A stretch of 64,000 bases of DNA from Candidatus Poribacteria bacterium (GCA_965218095.1 OZ244587.1:5440001-5504000); one strand, 5' to 3'; counted from the first letter of the stretch, positions 30,190-42,684 are shown. Notes: generated from the letters alone by a model not told the origin. Program-made: numbers and translations.

Positions 30190-31686
30190 TCACGTTTCAT
30201 CCCTGATAAGTCGCAGGCGGACGTGCCCAAACTCAAACGCCCCCGACGATGAGCCGGTAAAGACTTCTGCATTGAGCCCCCAGGCCAGTTTGTAAGCCGC
30301 AAGGATCTGGATCATGGAGTTAGAAGTATCACCGTGACAAAGAACGGCGACGGTCCCACCGCCACCGCCGCCGGTAATTTTCGCGCCGTAGAAACCACCC
30401 TGTACCCCAATCTTCCGAACCGATCCCACAATCTGATTCACCTGTAATGAGCCAAGGCCGACCCGGCAACGATAGCTCCAATCCGATGTGTACATCAGTT
30501 TTCCCGCATTCATCAGATGCCTCCGAATGTTTTGCGGTTCGGCATTTGCTTTTTTGAGATACATGATAAACTTCTGCACGCGGGCGTGTTCGTAAATCGG
30601 ATGTTCGACACGGCTGCGAACATGATAGGTCTTTTCGGGCTCGACTTGCGTAACGGTATCAACCGTTTCGCCGTATCGGTCAAGGAAATCTGCCCCTTTC
30701 ATCCGCGCGGGCAAAATCTCCCAACACTTTCGACGAAAATCTTCCACAGAGAGTTTGCACAGGTAATTATCCCGAAGTTCCTCCAGATCCAACTCTCTCT
30801 GAAGGATGGTCAGTCCCATAAATGCGGCGGTACGGGCATCAATATAGGCGGAACTCGATGTGCTCCGTTTGGCTTTGCTGTAGATACCGATCAACCTCGT
30901 ATTCGGAGGAAGTGGGACAGTTTCAAGAATCTGATCCGGCTGGCAGCGGATGGAGAGAATTCGATCCTTTTCTCCGACGGCAACGGTAATCTGATCCATA
31001 ATGCCACACGGGGTGCCGACGATACGGTTTTCGACAATTTGCCCGATTCGAGCGATTTCTAACGCACCGAGATTGAGCCCATATAGATGGTTGATTGCTG
31101 TCAGAGCCGCTACTTCGATTGCCGCAGAAGAGCTGATCCCCGCCCCCATTGGGATATTGCTCTTAATAGCAACGGCTGCGCCGTGTGGTAGGCGATCGAC
31201 TTTCCGCTCTTTTAGAAGCGCGAAAAATCCACCGAGAACGTATCCTGCCCACAGGGTTTGTGGACTTTGCCCGAAAAGTTGGCGGGCCTGCTCGTAAGAT
31301 TTAAGGTTCCCGTCTGTGTAGAAGTCATCGAGGGAGATCTGTAGGGCCGGCAGATGCCCTTCCGTAGAAACGGCAAAGGTTAACGCACTCAACCGGCGAT
31401 CCCGTCTTGCCTGGCAACCGACGACTGCTGCACGGTCGAGTGTCGATTCAAAGACGTTGGCGCCGCAGTAGTCAGCAATCCCACCCATGACATCGAGCCG
31501 CGCTGGTGCTTTTGTGATGATGACTTCTCCACTTTTTTCAAATCCATATTCGCCAAACATCCGAAAATCTTCATAGTGCAGCATGGATTCAAATTCAAGG
31601 ATTTCATAAAGTTTGGTTTCGGGGCCAAAAATCTGTTCAATTTTCATGGGGTTGTGCCCCTTGAGGACTTCGGTGGTTGCGTCCAT
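30190..31686 (-). CDS. GHMP kinase (galactokinase/L-arabinokinase-like)
   Basis: AP.RLDVMGGIADY, IPMGAGISSSAA, CGIMDQ, HPIYE..RV, GAKITGGGGGGTV; start set at ATG 31686. Confidence 0.88.
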   Translation of the reverse strand: MDATTEVLKGHNPMKIEQIFGPETKLYEILEFESMLHYEDFRMFGEYGFEKSGEVIITKAPARLDVMGGIADYCGANVFESTLDRAAVVGCQARRDRRLSALTFAVSTEGHLPALQISLDDFYTDGNLKSYEQARQLFGQSPQTLWAGYVLGGFFALLKERKVDRLPHGAAVAIKSNIPMGAGISSSAAIEVAALTAINHLYGLNLGALEIARIGQIVENRIVGTPCGIMDQITVAVGEKDRILSIRCQPDQILETVPLPPNTRLIGIYSKAKRSTSSSAYIDARTAAFMGLTILQRELDLEELRDNYLCKLSVEDFRRKCWEILPARMKGADFLDRYGETVDTVTQVEPEKTYHVRSRVEHPIYEHARVQKFIMYLKKANAEPQNIRRHLMNAGKLMYTSDWSYRCRVGLGSLQVNQIVGSVRKIGVQGGFYGAKITGGGGGGTVAVLCHGDTSNSMIQILAAYKLAWGLNAEVFTGSSSGAFEFGHVRLRLIRDET

Positions 31687-32134
31687 AAAGCGGTCTCCGA
31701 TCAAGATTGATTGAAGGTTACCCGGAATATAGGCTTTATCATCATTATAATATATTGTTGGTATTGTGTTGTCAACATCTTTGTCGTTAGTCCTCAACTT
31801 TATGCGGCTGCAGATTTCCAGGTTTTGTAGAATTTGCAAAGGTTACTGAATTCCAGAGACCCCATCAGTTTGGTTGATTTCTTTCGGCGAAAAGAGATCT
31901 AAAATACTGCGCTTTTTGATAGACACCTCCACGAATGTATGATAGCATAGTCTGTGATCGGGGTGTGATGCTAGGAGATGATTGACAGTCCTTGGCGGGG
32001 TTGGATATTGACCTTTTTCATCAACACCCCAAACTTCCGCGATGCTTGCGTCGCTGACAGCTATGCCGGTCTATTCTGTTATCCTGCTAAAATTGATCTA
32101 ACTTTCACTTGAAACTTAACTATGGAAGTAAACT

Positions 32135-32660
32135 ATGAAGCTAAGTGAAGGACAACTCGAACAGTTCAACGAAGAAGGGTTTGCGGTCGTTGGGAATACC
32201 TTGGAGGACAGTGACCTGGCTCCGGTTATCCAAGAGTGCGAGGAACATATTGACGGACGGTCCCGAGATCTTCTGGCTGAAGACAAGATTTCGCAACTCT
32301 ACGAAGACAAGCCCTTCGAGCGATAGCTGGCATGTATTTGCCGGGAGAACAACGAAATCTATCCAGAACTGGACATCATGCAGTTGCAGGGCAAAGTCTC
32401 GTTCGACTTCCTGCGCAACGACAACCTCTTGGATATGGTTCAGTCTATTGTTGGACCGGAGATTATCTGTAGTCCCATCCAGCGCCCGTGCCAAGCTGCC
32501 AGCCGGATTGACTCCGGGCGGTAAAGATGGCCATGTAGCTCCCTGGCACCAGGACGCCGGGGTGACGTGGGCTGAAGCAGATCCTCACTTTATTCTGACG
32601 GTTTGGTTCCCCTTGGGGAGGCTACCCTGGAAAACGGCTGCCTGCAAGCTATGCCACTTC
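32135..32660 (+). pseudogene. Phytanoyl-CoA dioxygenase (PhyH) family remnant
   Basis: LSEGQLEQFNEEGF..., TAG at 32324-32326, frameshift, APWHQDAG, LTVWFPL, ENGCLQ, then truncated. Confidence 0.75.
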
Positions 32661-32713
32661 GCGGGAATAAGTGAGTCGTTGAATGAAGCGAATATTTCGG
32701 AGGGTGGAGTGAT

Positions 32714-33211
32714 ATGCGCGATAATCTTTTTTCCCCCAATAAATTGGCTTATGTCAAAGGCCAGGCGCGTCCCGATGTCGAGTGTATTTTGTGTGCGGTT
32801 ATTGACGGAAACGATCAGGTGGATCGCCTGGGAGTTTATCAATCGGCGTTGTTCACTGTCTCCCTAAACCTTTACCCTTACAGCCCGGGGCATCTGTTGG
32901 TCTTTCCCAACCGTCATATTGTCGATGTGCGAGAACTGACCGAGGCGGAGGTTCTTGAGTTGCATCGTCTCCAGTGCTTGTGCCTCGACGTGCTAAATGA
33001 GGTCTACCAAACACAAGGTTACAACGTCGGCTACAATATTGGCAGCGCATCAGGGGCAAGTATTGACCACTTACACCTGCACATCGTCCCTCGATATCCG
33101 CGTGAGCTCGGCTTTATGGATGTTATCGGGGGCGCAAGGATTATCGTTGAGGATCCAAATGTCACGCGGCAAAAACTCCGCCAGGCATTTAACGCCGCAA
33201 AAATTGGCTAA
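32714..33211 (+). CDS. HIT family nucleotide hydrolase
   Basis: CILC, LNLYPYSPGHLLV.P.RH, GYNVGYNIG..SGASIDHLHLHIVPR. Confidence 0.92.
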   Translation: MRDNLFSPNKLAYVKGQARPDVECILCAVIDGNDQVDRLGVYQSALFTVSLNLYPYSPGHLLVFPNRHIVDVRELTEAEVLELHRLQCLCLDVLNEVYQTQGYNVGYNIGSASGASIDHLHLHIVPRYPRELGFMDVIGGARIIVEDPNVTRQKLRQAFNAAKIG

Positions 33212-33353
33212 ATTCAAAGCCCTTGTCTGAAAGTTCGTGATTTCGCAGGCTTTTTGACTGCCATGTTCGTCAGCCAATTGCGGATTGCAGACGCGATAGA
33301 TCGGGATGCAAGCACTTGAGGTGGCTTGATTGCAATTCCGGCAACTTGACAGA

Positions 33354-34652
33354 TTAACAAAAACGAACCATAAATGCTTCGATTTCATCAATCGTCTTCG
33401 GAACCTTAGCGGTCAGGACTTCACAGCCAGACTCGGTGACGAGAACATTGTCCTCAATCCGCACGCCAATTCCCAGATACTTCGGAGGGACGTTCTTGCT
33501 GTCAGGGGCGATGTAAAGCCCCGGCTCGACGGTCATTACCATCCCCGGTTGGAACGTCTTGTATTCTTCCCCCTCCCGTGTTTTCGCCATATCGTGAACG
33601 TCAATCCCCAGCATGTGCCCGATCCGGTGCGGGTAAAATTGCTTCTGCTTATCTTCCTTGATCAATTCCTCTTTCTTGCCTTCCAACAAGCCAAGTTTCA
33701 GCATGGCTTCGGTCAACATCTCCGTTGCCTTTTGGTAGGGCTCTCCAATCGATACACCGGGACGGATGCTTTCGATAATTTCAAGCTGGACATCGAGGAC
33801 AAGCTGATATACCTCGCGTTGGATGTTAGTGAATTTCCCATTTGCGGGAAATGTCCGCGTGATATCCCCATTGTAGTATTTGTACTCACACCCCGCATCA
33901 ATTACCACCAGGTCTCCGTCTTGGATCTGGCGGTCATTTGCTGTGTAATGCAGTATCGTTGCGTTTGCCCCACTTGCCACAATCGTTTCAAACGCCGGGC
34001 AGTTCGCCCCGTTCTTCCGAAAGATCGAGTCAATCAGCCCTTCCAACTCATATTCGTACATACCGGGGCAGACGGCTTTCATCACCGCAATGTGGGCTTC
34101 AATACTGATTTCTATAGCTCGACGAATCCGACTCAACTCCTCATAATCTTTAATGAGGCGCATCTCCGCAAGGATTTCAACGGGATCGATTACGACATAA
34201 GGGCCGGTTCCCTCGCGCAAGCGACGGCGGCGATACTGTTTGAGGAGCTCGATAATCTTTCGATTAAACGCCTCGTCTAATCCAAAACTGTAGTAGAGCC
34301 GATCCGCCTTGTTGAGATATTCGAGGATCTTCTCATCAAACTCCTCGATCGGATAGGCTGCGTCTGCGCCGAAGTCCTCTTTCGCACCCTCGACGCCAAC
34401 GCGCTTGCCCGTCCATACCTCCCGTTCTGGGGCTCGCGGACGAACAAATAAAGCATATTGATGTTCAGGGTGGTCTGGGGCGATTACACAGATTGTCCCG
34501 GGTTCTTCAAAGCCGGTTAAATAGTAGAAATTGCTGTCTTGATGGTATTTGTACTCAGTGGAGTGAGTGCGCATCGCTGATAACGCGCTTGGGAAGATCG
34601 CAGCACCTCCCTTGATCTTCTGCATAAACGCTTTGCGTTTGCTTTCGTGCAT
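33354..34652 (-). CDS. pepP: Xaa-Pro aminopeptidase
   Basis: Y.QDSNFYYLTGF.EP, IVASG.NATILHY, DAGCE...GDITRTFP, H.IGHMLGIDVHD, TVEPGLY, GVRIED; start ATG 34652. Confidence 0.92.
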   Translation of the reverse strand: MHESKRKAFMQKIKGGAAIFPSALSAMRTHSTEYKYHQDSNFYYLTGFEEPGTICVIAPDHPEHQYALFVRPRAPEREVWTGKRVGVEGAKEDFGADAAYPIEEFDEKILEYLNKADRLYYSFGLDEAFNRKIIELLKQYRRRRLREGTGPYVVIDPVEILAEMRLIKDYEELSRIRRAIEISIEAHIAVMKAVCPGMYEYELEGLIDSIFRKNGANCPAFETIVASGANATILHYTANDRQIQDGDLVVIDAGCEYKYYNGDITRTFPANGKFTNIQREVYQLVLDVQLEIIESIRPGVSIGEPYQKATEMLTEAMLKLGLLEGKKEELIKEDKQKQFYPHRIGHMLGIDVHDMAKTREGEEYKTFQPGMVMTVEPGLYIAPDSKNVPPKYLGIGVRIEDNVLVTESGCEVLTAKVPKTIDEIEAFMVRFC

Positions 34653-34678
34653 GTTTGGTTTCCCCTTCAAACGAACTG

Positions 34679-34711
34679 AACCTTGCGAAGGTTTCAAACC
34701 TTCGCAAGGTT
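34679..34711. repeat. Perfect palindrome, REP-like
   Basis: AACCTTGCGAAGGTTT-C-AAACCTTCGCAAGGTT; related AGGTTT...AAACCT palindrome at 51865-51891. Confidence 0.7.
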
Positions 34712-34725
34712 GTATTTGTTCAGTA

Positions 34726-37578
34726 CTATTCTCGTTGTGACCTATCATGCTGTGCTCGTCTTTTGGCTTGCAACAACCTTCCTGTGCCACTTCCCATTGC
34801 GGGTTGGATACCTGTAGATGCCCGTCCTGCCGAGATTGTGTCTGCCCGACTCCCCTGCTGATATTTGGATTGAGAAGCCGAAAGCGTGGCGAAGTCGCTA
34901 AATTGCGCTGCTGTTTTCTGCGCTAAAACAGCCTTCTTCTGGCTCAAGCGTGCCAGCGCCGGTGATGACGCCCCCTGCTCTCGATGGCGAAGGGTTCTCA
35001 ACTGCGCTTTGAGATCTGTGATATAGCCGCTTGCAATACTGAAACGGCGGAGTATCATCTCTAGGACAAACAGGAGGATACTCACGGTCAACAAAGCAAA
35101 TGAAAGCGGCCTCAGGTGTTCAATTCCTTTCCCAGAGTGTTGTGCAATCTGTTCAGGCGATGGTTCAAAAACACCGTTGGTTCGGCTGGCGAGTTCATTA
35201 AGCAATTGACGATTCGTCTCAAATTCAGTGAACTCTGCGGGGTAGGAGAGGACAAGGCTTTTGTGCATCGAACTTTCTACTTTTCCATCTTGTTTCTTCT
35301 GTGCAGTGACGAGATACGCTCCCCGCTCACGGATGGTGAATTCCCCCGAATATTGGGTTGGCGCGACGCGGTGAAGTTCAATCGCTTCCCCTTCGGCGTT
35401 TGGTCGAGCGACGCGCACATCGAATGTGGAAGATGAACCAGGGATTGCCCCAATCGATGCCGCGTCTATGATCACTTGTCCCTTGCCGTTGCCATGGGAT
35501 AGGTTCAGATCGAAATCTGTGTTCCCGCTTGTCTGTGGTAAAACCCAGTTGACTGCCTGCCCCCAAAACTTCCCGAAATTTTCCCACGCGATCCAATCCC
35601 TTCCCCAAGCCGGCTTCACATCAGAGGTAAAGGCGATTGATCGGCCGAGTCCGTAATCCCATGCGGCGAGAATTGGGTGTTCTTCGTGGGAGTGGATGTA
35701 AACCTGCGTGAGCTCTTTTTCCGACGTCGCGATGTAGCCGTAGAGCTTCGGCGTCTGATTGATGCCCGCTAAGATTGGGCCTTCCCCTTCGCTGATAATT
35801 GGCTGAAACGGCTCTTGAACCGTATACTGCTGTGTCTGCCGCACCTCGTCTGCCATCACCTTTGGCAGTTGGCTGACGTTCCGAACATCCCTGTGCGCTC
35901 CCCCTCCAGCCTCGGCAATCTTTTTCATCAGCACCCGATCTGCGTCACCAATGGCAATCGTCGAAATAGTTATCCTGTCTGCTGCGACCTGCTCCGCTAA
36001 GGGGATAAAATCGCCATCTGACTTGCCATCCGACAAAAGAATGATATGCTTTTGTTTGGCATCAATCTCCTTGAGTCGTTTATAAGCCTTTTCAAGCGCG
36101 GGATACATCTTCGTACCGCTGCCGGGGCGTAGCTTCCCAACTCCGCGGATGATGGACTTGTGATCAGTTGTCGGCTGAATCTCCATCTTGATCTTGGCTG
36201 CAAAACCGATCACCCCGGCTCGATCTTCATCATTAAGCGCACGGACGGATGCACGAACCCCTTCGATCGCCAACTGGATCTTCTGATCCCCTCCAACGTA
36301 GTTTGCCATGCTCCCAGAGGCATCAACCACGAGCATGAGTGCGAGGGATTCTTTTTTCTGGCGAGGTGTCATGTCAAGAGGCAGAACCCGTTCCAGTGGT
36401 GTGTCGTGATAGCCTCCCCTGCCGAATGCGCGATCTCCGCCAATCACGACTAACCCGTTCCCCAGATCGCGAACGCAGCTTTCAATTAACTCCATTTGCA
36501 CTGCGGAAAGGTCATCAGCGGATACATTGCTCAAGATCAGGGCGTCGTTATTTTGGAGTACAACGAGATTATTGGGAAAATTGGCGGGCGCAATAACTTC
36601 GACCGTCAAACGGTTTTCTTCAAGGACGGTCTTCAATGCTACCTGTCCCGCATCCCCTTCAACGTACAGGACGTGGGGGCTTCCAGACACCCGAATGAAG
36701 CCATACCCTGTGTTATTTTCGGCGATTGGATCATTGAGGGAAATTTCGAGACGATATTCATGGCTACCTTCCTCAGAGATCTGCTGCGGAAAATCGATTG
36801 GCTGTTTTCCTCGCTTCAACGCTATCGATTGTGCATCGGTCACAGGGGTATCATTGCGATAAAGTCTTGCCTGAACTTGCGCATCTGCCGTTGTTTCGAC
36901 AATGGCGCGGACATTGAAGACTTCGCCAGACCTCACCTGCGATGGTATCTGCAGATCGCGCACCCAGACCTCATATTCCCGCTCAGACACCAGCGGAATT
37001 GTGAAGAGCTCAATCTCACTTGCACGGACGAGGTCGAGTAACGCCGCTGCTTCACCGACGTTTTGCAAGCCATCGCTCAACAGCACTAGCCGTTTCTGTC
37101 GCCCCGGTCCTCCGGACGGGAGACTCATCGCCAGTTGAATCGCCTCCACAAGGTTGGTTGCCTCCTGATCGACTTCGGCGCCAGAGAGGATATCCTCCGT
37201 TAAACGGGAATGCTCCCCCTTTAGTTGCATCGGCAGGCGCACCGAAGCCTGCCCACCGAAAAGAATGACGCTGAACTCGTCAATGGACTTCAGCGCATCA
37301 ACGGCAGTGTTAATCTGCCCAATGCCCTCTGTCTGTTGTGAAATCGGAACGCTGTCAGAGACATCCAGAAGAAATACGACGGAAAGGATATCCTCCCGAT
37401 CCTTCTGCTGCAAACCTACTAACGCAAGGATAAGGCAAATTACCGCACCGAGACGCAGAGCAAGCGTCCCAATCTTCCGCCATGGTGCAGCCTCAACTCG
37501 CGTGCAGCGGTTGATAATCAGGAGGATTGGGATGAGACCGATAAGTAGAAAAAAGAGGGGATTGCTAATCTGGAACAT
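34726..37578 (-). CDS. Double-VWA domain membrane protein with glutamine amidotransferase-like (DUF1355) domain
   Basis: BatA-like N-terminal TM, DVSDS and DASGS MIDAS motifs, LLSDG twice, GGDRAFGRGGY..TPLE..LP, GLGRSIAFTSD. Confidence 0.88.
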   Translation of the reverse strand: MFQISNPLFFLLIGLIPILLIINRCTRVEAAPWRKIGTLALRLGAVICLILALVGLQQKDREDILSVVFLLDVSDSVPISQQTEGIGQINTAVDALKSIDEFSVILFGGQASVRLPMQLKGEHSRLTEDILSGAEVDQEATNLVEAIQLAMSLPSGGPGRQKRLVLLSDGLQNVGEAAALLDLVRASEIELFTIPLVSEREYEVWVRDLQIPSQVRSGEVFNVRAIVETTADAQVQARLYRNDTPVTDAQSIALKRGKQPIDFPQQISEEGSHEYRLEISLNDPIAENNTGYGFIRVSGSPHVLYVEGDAGQVALKTVLEENRLTVEVIAPANFPNNLVVLQNNDALILSNVSADDLSAVQMELIESCVRDLGNGLVVIGGDRAFGRGGYHDTPLERVLPLDMTPRQKKESLALMLVVDASGSMANYVGGDQKIQLAIEGVRASVRALNDEDRAGVIGFAAKIKMEIQPTTDHKSIIRGVGKLRPGSGTKMYPALEKAYKRLKEIDAKQKHIILLSDGKSDGDFIPLAEQVAADRITISTIAIGDADRVLMKKIAEAGGGAHRDVRNVSQLPKVMADEVRQTQQYTVQEPFQPIISEGEGPILAGINQTPKLYGYIATSEKELTQVYIHSHEEHPILAAWDYGLGRSIAFTSDVKPAWGRDWIAWENFGKFWGQAVNWVLPQTSGNTDFDLNLSHGNGKGQVIIDAASIGAIPGSSSTFDVRVARPNAEGEAIELHRVAPTQYSGEFTIRERGAYLVTAQKKQDGKVESSMHKSLVLSYPAEFTEFETNRQLLNELASRTNGVFEPSPEQIAQHSGKGIEHLRPLSFALLTVSILLFVLEMILRRFSIASGYITDLKAQLRTLRHREQGASSPALARLSQKKAVLAQKTAAQFSDFATLSASQSKYQQGSRADTISAGRASTGIQPAMGSGTGRLLQAKRRAQHDRSQRE

Positions 37579-37879
37579 TAACCGTTACGATAAAACCGCG
37601 TTAACTCAAAATAGAATTGGTATTATAACGTGATCTCGACCGGTCGACCATTCGCCCATAAACGACCGCGTCAGCCTTGTACATTTTTACGAGACGTGAC
37701 AATTCTGGTGTGGACCATCAATTCGGCTCTGCTTGAGCGCGGACGATTGTTCCTGTCTAAATCTGGTCGTCTGTGAGTAAGGATGCGTTTCATCATTTTA
37801 ATACTGCCTTTAGCTGATAAAATGACACAGATACTTAAGTTGGTCTACAAAACTGAAAACGAATCACCAACCTCTACTA

Positions 37880-40119
37880 TCATTCCTCGCTTCGAGACGG
37901 ATCATCCTTCCCGCCGCCAACTGCTATAACCGCCGAGGTTTCCTGCTGCGTCTCGACCAGGTTGTAGAAGATTCCTTTCCGAGCCATCAGTTCTTCGTGC
38001 GTCCCGACCTCTGCAATCACCCCATCGTCCAGGACGATCAGCCGATCCGCGTTGCGCAGGGTGGAGAGCCGGTGGGCGATGGCGAAGGTCGTTCGCCCTT
38101 TGACCAACCGGGCGATAGCGGCCTGGATCTTTTTCTCGGTTGGCGTGTCCAGCGAGGAGGTCGCTTCGTCGAGGATCAGAACTTCGGGTCGTGTAGAATC
38201 GCTCGTGTGATGGCGATACGCTGCTTCTCACCGCCGGAGAGTTGGTTTCCACGCTCACCGACCTTCGTGTCATACCCGTCTAGCTTGGCAACGATGAATT
38301 CGTGAGCTTCCGCCGCGATTGCCGAATGGACGATCTCATCGAAGGCCGCCTCCGGCTTTCCGTAGCTAATGTTTTCGGCGATTGTGCCGTCGAAGAGGAA
38401 CAGTTCCTGATGAACCATTCCGATATGGTGGCGCAAATCTTCAAGACGAATCTTCCGAATATCCACGCCATCAATCTCCAGACTGCCTCGATTCACATCG
38501 TAGAACCGACAGATTAGGTTGATGATGGTGGTCTTGCCCACCCCGGATTTGCCCACTAAGCCAATCATCTCGCCTGGTTCCACATCGAAGTTAATCTCCT
38601 TGAGGACCGGTTTGCCCGGATCATAACCAAACGTGGCGTCTTTGAAGGCAACCCGTCCGTCCATTTGAGGCATCGGGGTAGCGTCCGGATCATCAAATGG
38701 CTCAGATTGTGTGTCAATAAGCTCGAAAATCCGTTCGGCGCCTGCAAACGCCCGCGTGATAAAGTTGTTGATTTCGCTGAAGAACCCCAAAGGACGGTAG
38801 AGTTGCCAGAGAAAACTGATGAAAGCCATCAACACACCGAAGGTCAGATCGCCACGCAGAATCTGCTTTCCGCCGAAATACCAGATGAAGAACACACCGA
38901 AGCTCATCAGGAAATTCATTACGGCGAAAAAAATAAACCAATTCCGCTCACCGGTGACGCTGACCGCCCGCAGTTCATCGTTCCGCTCGTCGAAGCGGAC
39001 CGCCTCCCGGTCCTCCTGGGCGAAGGCTTTCACCACCCGGATGCCGGAGATCGATTCGTTGAGGTGCGAGGAAAGCCGAGACCACTTTGCGTGCCAGCGA
39101 CTCCAGATACGCCGCATGCGCCCCCAGATCAGGAAACCACCCAGCATAATGAACGGCACTGGTAGCAAGACGTAGAGGGTCAACTCCCAACTCAGGTAGA
39201 GCAGGAGCGCGAGCGTACCTACCAACATCAGCGTGTTGCTCAAAAGGAAGGGGATACCGAAAAGCAGGAACATCTCCAGCCGATCCGAGTCGTTGGTGAA
39301 TCTAGCTATCAAGCTGCCGACCTTCCGTTTATCGTAGAATCGCAACGGCATGTACTGCACATGCTGATAGAGTTCTGTGCGGATGTCCTTGCTGGTTCGG
39401 CTAGCAAGTTCGGCTCTCAGAAAACCACGGACGATTTCAAAGAGGAAGGTCAGAAGGTGGATACATAAGAGCCCCAGTACCAGCCATATCAGTAGCCCAA
39501 AGTTTGCCAGCGGTGTGAGAACGTCATCGATGATATGCCGAACGATAAGCGGAGGAAGCAACTCAACCAGGGGAGTCGCCGCCGCAAGGAACATGAGCAT
39601 GATGGCCTTGCCCCGATAGGGCGCAAGATAGCTCACGATCTGCTTCATGGTATCCCATTTTTTGACGCAAGCTGGGCAAATCCCGTCCTTCTCCGGGAGC
39701 AGTCGTCCACACTTATCATACCGCGACCGTTCCATCTCCGTCGGCAATGTGAGAACTTCGCCTTTGGAGAGTTGCTTAATGCCTTCGGTGACTTCAGTGA
39801 ACTTGGGAATCAACGAATTGGAATAGTACAGATAGGTCGGTTTGCCCTCTTTGGGTTCAACCTCCAGACGCCCACCGCCGACAAATTCCTCTGTTTTGGC
39901 TTCTTCTACCGCTTTGAGCAGCACTTCCACAACGCCATTGACCCCTTCTGAGGGGATAACGAACAGGCGCTCATCAGTCACCACCAGCCATCGTTCCCCA
40001 AAAGATCGGTCGTCGATGAGATCTGCAGCGACTTGAATGTGCACCTGTTCTTCTGAAGGTTTCATACTCTGGAGCTTGGTATCCACTTCAGGCGGCAGCG
40101 TTTCGAGAAACGGTTGCAT
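37880..40119 (-). pseudogene. ABC exporter (TMD+NBD, N-terminal extension), frameshift at the Walker B region
   Basis: GKSGVGKT, LSGGEKQR; HDPK continues in another frame as LILDEATSS...AIAHRLSTLRNAD, consistent with a 1-bp loss near 38180 (may be an assembly error). Confidence 0.8.
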
Positions 40120-40360
40120 GGTTGTATAAAACTCCGATAAACTTGAGATGTTAAAAAATAATTTGACTTTGTTAGATTAAAAGAACTCATCAGCAGATCC
40201 ACTGGTGGCTCGCCTCCCCGGTCCTTCAATGCTGGGGGAAAATCACACAAACTCCCCCAGGATTGGGAGCCGGGGGCGAATGTAATAAATCAAGGTAATG
40301 CGTATTGCGTAAAACGTGAAACGTAAAACGTGAGACAAATCCTTTCTTCCCTTCCTTATC

Positions 40361-42598
40361 CTACTCTCTGACTCCGATAATCTCTGCGGCCTCCTGCTGT
40401 AACTCCACGAGGTTGTAGAACACACTCTTTTTCTCCATGAGTTCCCTGTGCGTGCCGACCTCCACAATTCGTCCGTCTTCAAGCACCACCAGTCGATCTG
40501 CGTTTCGCAACGTCGAAAGTCGGTGAGCAATCGCAAAGGTCGTTCGATTTTTGATCAGGCGGCCGATGGCTTCCTGAATCTGTTTTTCAGTCTCCACATC
40601 CACCGATGATGTCGCCTCATCCAGAATGAGAATCTTCGGATTGTGGAGGATGGCACGGGCGATAGAGACGCGCTGCTTTTCTCCCCCCGACAGGTTGTTT
40701 CCCCGTTCCCCGACCTGTGTATCGTAGCCATCGGGCTTTGCCACGATAAAGCTATGGGCATTCGCTGCTTGTGCTGCCTGCATAATCTCCTCGAAACTGG
40801 CGCCGGGTTTGGCGTATCCAATGTTCTCAGCGATCGTCCCGCTAAACAGAAACGGTTCTTGAAGCACAATACCGATTTGGCTTCGTAGATCTTCCAAACG
40901 GATTTTCTGAAGGTCTACGCCATCGATCTCAATGACGCCACGGTCCACGTCATAGAAGCGGGCAATCAGGTTCACGGTGGTTGTCTTGCCCACACCGGAT
41001 TTGCCGACGAGCCCGATCATCTCCCCCGGCGCAACGTCGAGGTCAATCTCGTGGAGGACCGGCTTGCTCTTGTCGTAGCCAAAGGTAACTTCCTTGAAAG
41101 TCACCTGTCCTTTCATATCAGACATCGACATCGCGTCCGAATCATCGTAGGCTTCTGGGGAGGTATCGATCACCTCGAAGATTCGCTCCGCGCCGGCAAA
41201 CGCTCGTGTCATCCAACTATTAACCTGCCCAAACCACTCCAGGGGACCGTAGACAAGCCACATATAACTGTAGAAAGCTATGAGAGTGCCCAAGGTCAGA
41301 TTGCCACCGAGAACCTCCCGCCTACCAAACAGCCAGACAATCAACACCCCGAATCCGGTCACAAGGCTCATCATCGCGAAAAACAGAAGGAAGTTCCGTG
41401 CGGTCTTTCTGGAAATTTGCATCAACTCCATATTTTTCTTCTCAAATTCCCGAATCTCCCGAACTTCCTGGGCGAAAGCTTTTACCACGCGGATGCCGGA
41501 CAGTGCCTCATTCAATCGCGCGTTGAAGTGGGACCAGCTCTGACCATACTTGTTGAAAATCCGTCGCATACGCCGCCAAAAAAGGCTGCCCCAGATCAGA
41601 ATAAATGGGATGGGTACCAGGATGTAGAGGGTAAGCCTCCAGTTCATCCAGAAAAGGAAGCTGAGGATACCAACCATCATCAGGGCATTGATCACCAGGT
41701 AAGGCAGTCCATCAACCAGAAACTCGCGCAGCATGTCGCTATCCCGTGTGACGCGGGACATCAGCGCCCCCACTCGCCGTTTGTCGTAGAACTGCATTGA
41801 GAGCATCTCAAGCCGTCGATAGAGCTGGCTCCGAATGTCGGCCGTTACCCGCGCACTCAGCCAACTTACTATCCAACCGTGCAGCAATTCTGAACTCCAA
41901 CTCAACACGCGAACCCCAATCAGCGCAAGCACCCACAATCCCAGAAGTATTGCCCTTTTATCTATGCTCGCAGCCATCCCCTCCGGCGGTACGAGAACAT
42001 CATCCACGATACGCCGCGTAATCTGCGGTGGAGCGAGCTCTGCAACGATGGTTGCAAGGGATGCGAATATCAGGATGGCTGCACGCTACTTGTAGGGTTT
42101 CAAGTAATTGGTAATTCGCCCGAGCGTCGCCAGCCGACGAATGCAAGCCGGACAGATGCCGTTTTTCTCAGGCAGCAGCCTGCCACACTTTTCACATCGC
42201 GTCCGATCAAGCTCCGTGTTAATCAAGAATTCGTCTTCTTGGCGGAGCTGCTCAAGCCCGCGCGCTACTTCGGAGAACTCTTCCGCGAGTGAACTGGAGT
42301 AGGGAACAAAGATGGTCGTAGCTCCCTTCCGCTCGATTTCTAGGCGTCCCCCTCCGATTAAAGGCTCGATCCGGACAGTTTCCAATTCTTTAATGGGCAC
42401 GTCCACAACCCCGTCAATGCCCTCCGTAGCCGCTACGATAACCCGTTTCTCTGTGACGATGAGCCACTGCTCTCCGAAGTTTCCATCCTGATTGAGATCG
42501 GTGGAAACCCGGATGAGTTCATTTTCTTCAGCGGAAAGGACGATCTTCTCTTTGACCGCATCGGGCATCGGTTCAAGTAATTTCATCATCGGCCTCAT
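40361..42598 (-). pseudogene. ABC exporter paralog with one in-frame TAG
   Basis: ORFs 42086..42598 and 40361..42007 are in frame (LKPYK*RAAIL); CEKC...CPAC motif, Walker A GKSGVGKT, LSGGEKQR, ILDEATSS. Confidence 0.8.
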
Positions 42599-42684
42599 TC
42601 GTATGAGATTTTCAGTTAGCGAACGTCGGTTGAGTAACGAAGTGTTGGTGGTTGAGAGCAGAATGCATAGCGCTCAATGATCTG

